Assembly: GCA_963724765.1 (NCBI GenBank)
Contig: CAVRVY010000002.1
Coordinates: forward strand, 416,001 to 480,000
DNA: 64,000 nucleotides
Direction of reading: 5' to 3'
DNA from: an uncultured delta proteobacterium
Lineage (GTDB): Bacteria; Desulfobacterota; Binatia; Binatales; Binataceae
This document shows, one piece after another, positions 57,960-64,000 of this stretch (position 1 is its first letter; each line of letters begins with the position of its first letter). Under the pieces are notes generated by a model. It saw nothing but the letters and a program-made list of their open reading frames with translations, was not told where the DNA came from and ran no database searches. A program made the translations under genes and the position numbers.

Positions 57960-58845
57960 GTGGAACTGCGTCATTTGCGGGACTTCGTGGCTGTCGCCGA
58001 AGAATTGAGCTTCACTCGTGCGGCGCAAAAGCTTCATTTGGCGCAACCCTCCCTGACTGTTCAAATCAAACTTCTAGAAGAGGAGCTTGGGGTACGGCTG
58101 CTCCTCCGTGGCAAGGGCCGCGTGTCGTTGACCGACGAGGGGCGGTCGTTTTTGGCAGATGCCCAGCGGGTGCTCGCTCTGAGCGCGGAGAGCGTGGAGG
58201 CAGTACGGCATCTCAATCCACGGACGGCAGAGCAACTAAAAATCGGCTACGTGGCCGGTCTGCATAATCATTTGCTGCCCGCAACCCTGGCGGCGTTTGG
58301 AAAGGAGTATCCGCAAATCTCGGTCAGCCTTTTCGACATGACTAGCGCGGAGCAACTCGAAGCGATTGAAGCAGGTAAAATCGATCTCGGGTTTGTTGGT
58401 CTTACGGGGATCCTTGGCGGGGCGAGCGTTGAAGGGAGAATGCGTAGCCCGTTACGAGATACTGGTGGCTTTGTCTAAAGGAAGTGCGCTGACGAAAAAA
58501 GCGAAAATAGATCTCAAGGAACTGGAGAAGCACTTTTTTGTCACTCTATCTGAAAGGGCACATCCAGGCTGGACAGCATGGATGCAGCGCATCTTTTCGC
58601 CAGTAGGTTTCATGCCCAGAACCTTGCAAGAGGCCGAGAATCTGCCCGCGGTCCTCCATTTCGTCGCGACAGGCCTGGGAGTCGCGTTGCTACCCGAACA
58701 AATCAAGTCTATTCGCCATCCGGGAGTGCTTCTCCGCCCGCTGAAACAACCCGTCAAGGTGGAATCCTGGGTTGCTTGGAAACCCGATAACCGTTCCAAA
58801 CCGTTGGAGCAATATATCAGGATTGTGAAAGAGGCGCACAGTTGA
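57960..58845 (+). pseudogene. LysR family regulator, frameshifted near 58402
   Basis: MELRHLR.F.AVAEELSFTRAA HTH; the substrate domain continues in ORF 58366-58845 (VA.GLGVALLP); one extra T. Confidence 0.8.
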
Positions 58846-58994
58846 ATCGGGTGACGTTAGTGGGCTGAAGCCCGGCTGCGCGGGGCGGGGCGAACCGAAT
58901 GCCCTTTGCCCCGCGTTCTTTCTGAGCAGTTCCTCTAAGACGACATGTCTCGCTGAGAACCTCGGATTGCCGGGTGACGACTACGGCAAAGTCC

Positions 58995-59009
58995 ATAGGC
59001 TTTGCCTAT
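58995..59009. promoter_or_regulatory. LysR-type box (ATAG-N7-CTAT)
   Basis: ATAGGC-TTT-GCCTAT palindrome upstream of the osmC-like gene. Confidence 0.5.
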
Positions 59010-59115
59010 AGGCTCCATAGAAACAAAGTATTGGCGACGGACCAGCCCGCGGGCGTAACGTTCAACAGTAATGCGGCGGCGGCGAAATGCGGTGACCGTC
59101 GCGCACGGGCTTCTG

Positions 59116-59562
59116 ATGGAACATCAAGCTTTTGCAGTTTGGAAGGGAAGCGGAAACCACGGCAGTGGCAGGCTTACCACACGGAACGGAGCTCTGCGCG
59201 AAATTCGTTACGCGGGACGGATCGGGCGTGGAAGAATCAATAAAGCTGTCAACAATCATAACAATACCTGTACCGAAGAATTAATCGCCGCCGCTCACGC
59301 CGTCTCCTTCTCGATGGCTTTGTCCGATGCGATGGATCGCATCGGATTTCCGGCGGAGCGCATAACTACAACCGCCACGGTTACTTCGGCAAATCTTGGT
59401 AAACGTTGGAGCGTCACAAGTATCTTGCTCGACGTGATAGCGAGAATACCGGGCGCGAAGAAGATCGATTTCATCGACGCCGCGGTCGGCGCCAAAACAG
59501 ACTGCATCATATCTCGGCTGATGAGCACGAACATATCGCTGAAAGCTCGGCTGGAATCGTGA
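59116..59562 (+). CDS. OsmC-family protein
   Basis: A.W.G....GSG.LTT, EELIAAAHA..FSMAL, AK..C.IS. Confidence 0.8.
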   Translation: MEHQAFAVWKGSGNHGSGRLTTRNGALREIRYAGRIGRGRINKAVNNHNNTCTEELIAAAHAVSFSMALSDAMDRIGFPAERITTTATVTSANLGKRWSVTSILLDVIARIPGAKKIDFIDAAVGAKTDCIISRLMSTNISLKARLES

Positions 59563-59722
59563 GCGAGAAACCTCAGCGTGCGGGACAGGTGTAGTTCGCG
59601 GGTGTTCAGCGCTCGCTTTATCGGTAGACGTTTGAAGCCTTGAGACGGCCCCTCAACTGCAGTGTACGCCGCGGTGCTTCGTTTAGGGATGCTTCCGGAA
59701 GCGCGCTAAATAGGAGACTTCA

Positions 59723-60667
59723 ATGATGAAAGGAGGAGACGAACAAAAGCGAGAGCTGGGGGCGGTTATCCTCGCTGGAGGGGAAGGCTCAAGACTGCGT
59801 CCGCTGGTCCGACGGATTACCGGGCAGGATATTCCTAAGCAGTTTTGCCCTCTCCTTGGAAGCACTACTCTCCTGGACCAGACTCGCCCTCGCGTGTCGC
59901 TCGCCATCCCCCCGCGAGCAACCGTGACGGTGGTCACCCGGAGCCACGAGCGCTTCTATGAGCCTCTCCTGGCTGACGCGCCGGCTGAAAGCGTGCTCGT
60001 TCAGCCAGCAAACCGAGGAACCGCCCCCGCCATACTGTATGCGCTCCTGAAGTTAGCCGGCAGCAATCCGGCGGCTACCGTTGCGGTCTTTCCGTCGGAC
60101 CACTATGTGAGCGACGACGCCGCATTCATGCGCCACGTCGAGTTGGCGATCAAGGCGGTTGAGCTTTGCCCGAAGAAGACGGTGTTGTTGGGCGCGTGGC
60201 CGGCCACTCCGGAAGTGAGTTATGGATGGATTGAGGGAGACGAACGCCTGAGGGCTCTGCCGCGGTCGCTTCCGATTTTTCAGGTCCGACGATTTTGGGA
60301 AAAGCCGTCGTTTGACCAGGCGTGCCGGCTGTTCAAGTTTGACCGCATGTGGTGGAATACCTTTGTGATGGTGGCCCGACTGCCAACGCTGCTGAACTTA
60401 ATCATGAGAGTACTGCCCAAGCTCTACTGGAGCTTCATAGAGACTACCTCGAAGCTGAGCAGGCCGCTCGAACACGAAATGGTGAATCGGGTCTATGAGA
60501 ACCTGTCGTCGATCAACTTCTCCGACCAGGTGCTCGCGAGTTATCCGACGAACCTGGCGGTTCTTCCGTTAAGTGGGCTGGAATGGAGCGATCTGGGTGA
60601 GCCGAGCCGCGTTATGGCACTGCTGGAGCACCAGAGCATTCGTCCGAGATGGGCAGTCGGAGAATGA
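59723..60667 (+). CDS. Mannose-1-phosphate guanylyltransferase-like nucleotidyltransferase (no cupin)
   Basis: ILAGGEGSRL.PL, PKQFC, NRGTAPA, PSDH, YGWI, F.EKP, WSDLG. Confidence 0.85.
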   Translation: MMKGGDEQKRELGAVILAGGEGSRLRPLVRRITGQDIPKQFCPLLGSTTLLDQTRPRVSLAIPPRATVTVVTRSHERFYEPLLADAPAESVLVQPANRGTAPAILYALLKLAGSNPAATVAVFPSDHYVSDDAAFMRHVELAIKAVELCPKKTVLLGAWPATPEVSYGWIEGDERLRALPRSLPIFQVRRFWEKPSFDQACRLFKFDRMWWNTFVMVARLPTLLNLIMRVLPKLYWSFIETTSKLSRPLEHEMVNRVYENLSSINFSDQVLASYPTNLAVLPLSGLEWSDLGEPSRVMALLEHQSIRPRWAVGE

Positions 60668-61054
60668 TTCTGTACCAGGATTAGAGGAATAGCATAATGG
60701 CCGCCAATCAATATTCCCAGCGCGCTGACGCCCGTGGGACGACGTAATTGCCCAGCGACCGGATCGCTTGGAGCAAATAAACCAGGAAATCACCGACTTC
60801 GGTTGCCGGGTGATCGCTCAATATGCAGTGCTCAGGACTTACGACTTGTCACCATCGTCGAAGCCGCCGACGACAAGACGCTCGCACCCGTCAGTCGAGC
60901 TGGGTCACGCGGCACGGTCAATGTTATGAAGCTCGCTGCGATTCCGACTTTGCAACTGCGGGCAAAATTGAAAGGGCCGAAACAGATGCAGCGCCCCGCG
61001 TGAGCGTGATTGGGTTGAGCGCCGCTGCCACCGTGAAAGCACTATGGAGACCTT

Positions 61055-61492
61055 ATGATCAGCGAAACGGTTCTGGGAACGCTTCAGGAGAGGATGCGGA
61101 GGTTGTTGGATATCAGTTCGGCGTATGCGGCGCGTGACGCCGAACTTAGAGCCGCCGTAGAGCGCGCAAGGTTAGCCGATCCGAGCGACACAGCCCGGGA
61201 AGCTGCAGCGGTCAGAGAGAGCGAGAGACTGAGGGAGGAAAAAAAGGAGCTGCAGGATCACATAAATGAGCTCATCCGCAGGGGACAAAATTCCGCCCTG
61301 GTTTCAGACCTGAAGGAGGAATTGAACGAATTGGAAAGCAGGCGAGGTGAAATCGATCAGCAGATCGAGCAATCGAGATCACGCCTCGGAAACGCCATCA
61401 GAGAACTTGAGTTCGCAGAGCAGGAACACAGGCGTGTCGCTGATCAGGCGGTAAGGCTGCGAGAGTATATAGAAAAGCTTTTGCACGGCTGA
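61055..61492 (+). CDS. Coiled-coil hypothetical protein
   Basis: GGAG RBS; E/R/L heptad-rich sequence. Confidence 0.6.
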   Translation: MISETVLGTLQERMRRLLDISSAYAARDAELRAAVERARLADPSDTAREAAAVRESERLREEKKELQDHINELIRRGQNSALVSDLKEELNELESRRGEIDQQIEQSRSRLGNAIRELEFAEQEHRRVADQAVRLREYIEKLLHG

Positions 61493-61595
61493 CCTCGCGA
61501 GCACATCAATTTCCCGCGATGCAGTTACGCTGCGCTGATAATTGTAGCGGTGCCTCCCGAACCCTTTCCGGCATGATGCGCGGGCGGGCGGGCGT

Positions 61596-61742
61596 ATGGT
61601 AGTGAAGCGGCCCATTTTCGCATTTCCGATCCGGCTGCTGCTTGCTACCCGGTCGCGGTTCACGAGGCGAGCGCGGCTTGAGGCCGAGAACCTCATCCTG
61701 GGCCAACAGTTGGTAGTTCTACGGCGAAAGTCTCCAGCTTAG
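61596..61742 (+). mobile_element. Remnant 5' end of an integrase-core (IS481/IS3-like) transposase
   Basis: MVVKRPIFAFPIRLLLATRSRFTRRARLEAENLILGQQLVVLRRK*, resembling the 'RLEAENL.LRQQL.VLRR' N-terminus of such transposases. Confidence 0.55.
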
Positions 61743-62286
61743 TGGGATTTGACTGACACTCCGAACGGAGGCGCCAGCAGAGTGAGATTGCCTCGACCGC
61801 AAACAAGCAGCCACGCGTCATGACAGTGAGACAAAACCTGAGAGTTTTGGGTAGCAGAATAGCCTGCCCGCGATGCCAGCGCCCAGGCGGAGCCTTGCAA
61901 GACGGAAGCGCTTTGGCGATAGGCTGTTCTCGTCGCGGCTGACGTTTCAGTAGAGCGGGCGCAGGCTCCGCGTTGAGATCGGGCTCCATGACGGGTTCGC
62001 GCAACGAGTCGCCATCTGTTTATGTGGTTGGCTTTTGGCAAGATGACGGCGATCATCACGCGGATGTCGCTCCATCGCGTTCTACTGCCGGTTGGCGCCG
62101 CTTGCTTACGGTTCTCTGACTATCTGCGGCTCGCTATCCGGCTGGCAGCCCTGAGTAAAGCGCAGGTCATCTGTGTCTGGGCGATCACCACTGGCTCTGT
62201 TTGGCTTCATGCTGGAGCATGTGACCTGGTGACGAAAAAAACTTGGGCCGTATCAAGTGTGTGGTGATTGTAGAAGGAGCTGAACC

Positions 62287-63321
62287 ATGAGAGTTGGCAT
62301 GATCGGGTTGGGCAGAATGGGCGCCAATATGGTGCAGCGTTTGATCCGCGCCCGCCACGAGTGCGTGGTCTATGACGTGAGCGCCGACGCGGTGAAAAAG
62401 CTGGCGAAAGAGAAAGCGATTGCGGCCTCGTCGCTCGACGACTTCACCGCCAAGCTCAATCAACCGCGGGTGACGTGGATGATGGTGCCCGCCGGCGTGG
62501 TTGAACAGACGGTCAGCGAACTCGCGAAGCGCTTCGAGTCGGGCGACATTATTGTCGACGGCGGAAACTCGCACTATGTAGACGATATTCGCCGTGCCGA
62601 GACAGTTAAGGCCAAAGGAATTCACTACGTGGATTCAGGCACCAGCGGCGGCGTTTGGGGCCTGGAGCGTGGCTTTTGCCAGATGATCGGCGGCGAGCCG
62701 GCGGTGGTGAAGCATCTCGATCCGATTTTCGCCGCGCTCGCGCCGCCCGTGGACTCGGCCTCCCGCACGCCGGGGCGCGAAAAGCTAAAAGGTGGCACAG
62801 CCGAGCATGGCTATCTTCACTGCGGACCGAATGGCGCCGGACATTTCGTCAAGATGGTGCACAACGGGATCGAATACGGAATGATGGCGGCGTATGCGGA
62901 AGGCTTAAACATTTTGCGCCACGCCAATCTGGGCAAGCACAAGAGCGAAGTCGACGCCGAGACTACACCCATTCGCAGCCCTGAATTGTATCAGTACGAT
63001 TTCAATCTGACCGACGTGACCGAGGTGTGGCGCCGCGGCAGCGTGATTGCTTCATGGCTGCTGGATCTCACCGCCGCCGCCCTGCTCGAGGACCCCCAAC
63101 TTAAGAAATTCGGGGGGCGAGTGTCGGACTCGGGAGAAGGACGCTGGACGATTGACGCGGCGATCGACGAGGGAGTGCCGGTTAACGTGCTTAGTGCCGC
63201 GTTGTACGCGCGCTTTGCCTCGCGCGGCGCTGCGGACTTCGCGGACAAGCTGCTGTCGGCGATGCGCTACGAGTTCGGTGGTCACTTGGAGAAGCCGGCC
63301 GCGAAAACAGGAGATCGCTGA
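62287..63321 (+). CDS. gnd: Decarboxylating 6-phosphogluconate dehydrogenase (short type)
   Basis: GLGRMG, DGGNS, GTSGGVWG, GAGHFVKMVHNGIEYG, DSGEGRWT, FGGH. Confidence 0.95.
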   Translation: MRVGMIGLGRMGANMVQRLIRARHECVVYDVSADAVKKLAKEKAIAASSLDDFTAKLNQPRVTWMMVPAGVVEQTVSELAKRFESGDIIVDGGNSHYVDDIRRAETVKAKGIHYVDSGTSGGVWGLERGFCQMIGGEPAVVKHLDPIFAALAPPVDSASRTPGREKLKGGTAEHGYLHCGPNGAGHFVKMVHNGIEYGMMAAYAEGLNILRHANLGKHKSEVDAETTPIRSPELYQYDFNLTDVTEVWRRGSVIASWLLDLTAAALLEDPQLKKFGGRVSDSGEGRWTIDAAIDEGVPVNVLSAALYARFASRGAADFADKLLSAMRYEFGGHLEKPAAKTGDR

Positions 63322-64000
63322 TGGCTATGCAGCAATCGGATGCATTCGTCTTCTTCGGCGCCACTGGCGATCTGGCTTTCATACAGATATTTCCCGCGCT
63401 GCAACGCCTGGTCCGCGACGAGGGACTCAACGTGCCGATCATCGGCGTCGCCAAGGCCGGCTGGAATCTCGATCAGCTCAAGGCGCGCGCCAAGGACAGC
63501 CTCGACCACCACGGCGGGGCCGATCCGGATGCGTGGCGGAAACTGTCGGACCTGCTGCGCTATGTGGATGGTGATTACAAGGATTCAGCGACCTTTGACC
63601 GACTGCGCAAAGAACTGGGTGACGCCAAGCGGCCGCTCCATTACCTCGCTGTTCCGCCCAGCATGTTCGCCACGGTAGTCGAAGGACTCGCCAAGTCCGG
63701 CTGCGCCGCCAATGCACGAGTGGTAGTCGAAAAGCCATTTGGCCACGACCTTTCCTCCGCGCGGGAATTGAACAAGCTCCTGCACCGGCACTTTCCGGAA
63801 GACGCCATCTTCCGCACCGATCACTTCCTCGGCAAGGAGCCGGTGCAGAACATTCTCTATACTCGCTTTGCCAATCCCGTATTCGAGCCGCTCTGGAACC
63901 GTATCTATGTGCGCAGTATCCAGATCACCTTGGCCGAGAATATGGGTGTGCAGGACCGCGGCAGATTCTACGACGAGACCGGGGCTATCCGCGACGTGCT
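63321..64000 (+). CDS. zwf: Glucose-6-phosphate dehydrogenase (partial, runs off right edge)
   Basis: FFGATGDLA, YLAVPP, VVEKPFG.D, FRTDHFLGKE, RFAN; start overlaps the gnd stop. Confidence 0.92.
   Translation, partial: MAMQQSDAFVFFGATGDLAFIQIFPALQRLVRDEGLNVPIIGVAKAGWNLDQLKARAKDSLDHHGGADPDAWRKLSDLLRYVDGDYKDSATFDRLRKELGDAKRPLHYLAVPPSMFATVVEGLAKSGCAANARVVVEKPFGHDLSSARELNKLLHRHFPEDAIFRTDHFLGKEPVQNILYTRFANPVFEPLWNRIYVRSIQITLAENMGVQDRGRFYDETGAIRDV

Overview
GC-rich bacterial chromosomal window with no rRNA, tRNA or CRISPR. The repeated DUF1329-type genes suggest a Binatota/deltaproteobacteria-like soil organism (inference only). Left to right it holds: a truncated membrane sulfatase-family gene with a YIDP-type small protein; an MFS transporter; a MetOD1/histidine kinase/receiver/MEDS signalling cassette with a Zn-ADH; and a tetraheme cytochrome c plus NarI-like pair. 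A ~13 kb operon behind a sigma54-type promoter joins a DUF1329/YCF48/MMPL/DUF1302 envelope cassette to a TTQ amine dehydrogenase (mauB, E, D, two mauA copies, two monoheme cytochromes, no mauG) and a group II PLP aromatic amino-acid decarboxylase. Next comes a lasso peptide cluster whose 51-aa precursor (25737-25892, minus) is missing from the ORF track. That cluster has an RRE, a lasso cyclase, an HPr-kinase-like kinase and an unusual PRMT-fold methyltransferase, but no leader peptidase or exporter. The right half carries efflux, GST/SDR/CoA-transferase, ppk2 and NsrR-type modules, a divergent sigma54 region, two more DUF1329 genes, and gnd-zwf. Several genes have single-base frameshifts or in-frame stops. 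The two strongest novelty candidates are the PRMT-tailored lasso system and the decarboxylase plus dual-light-chain amine dehydrogenase plus envelope operon.
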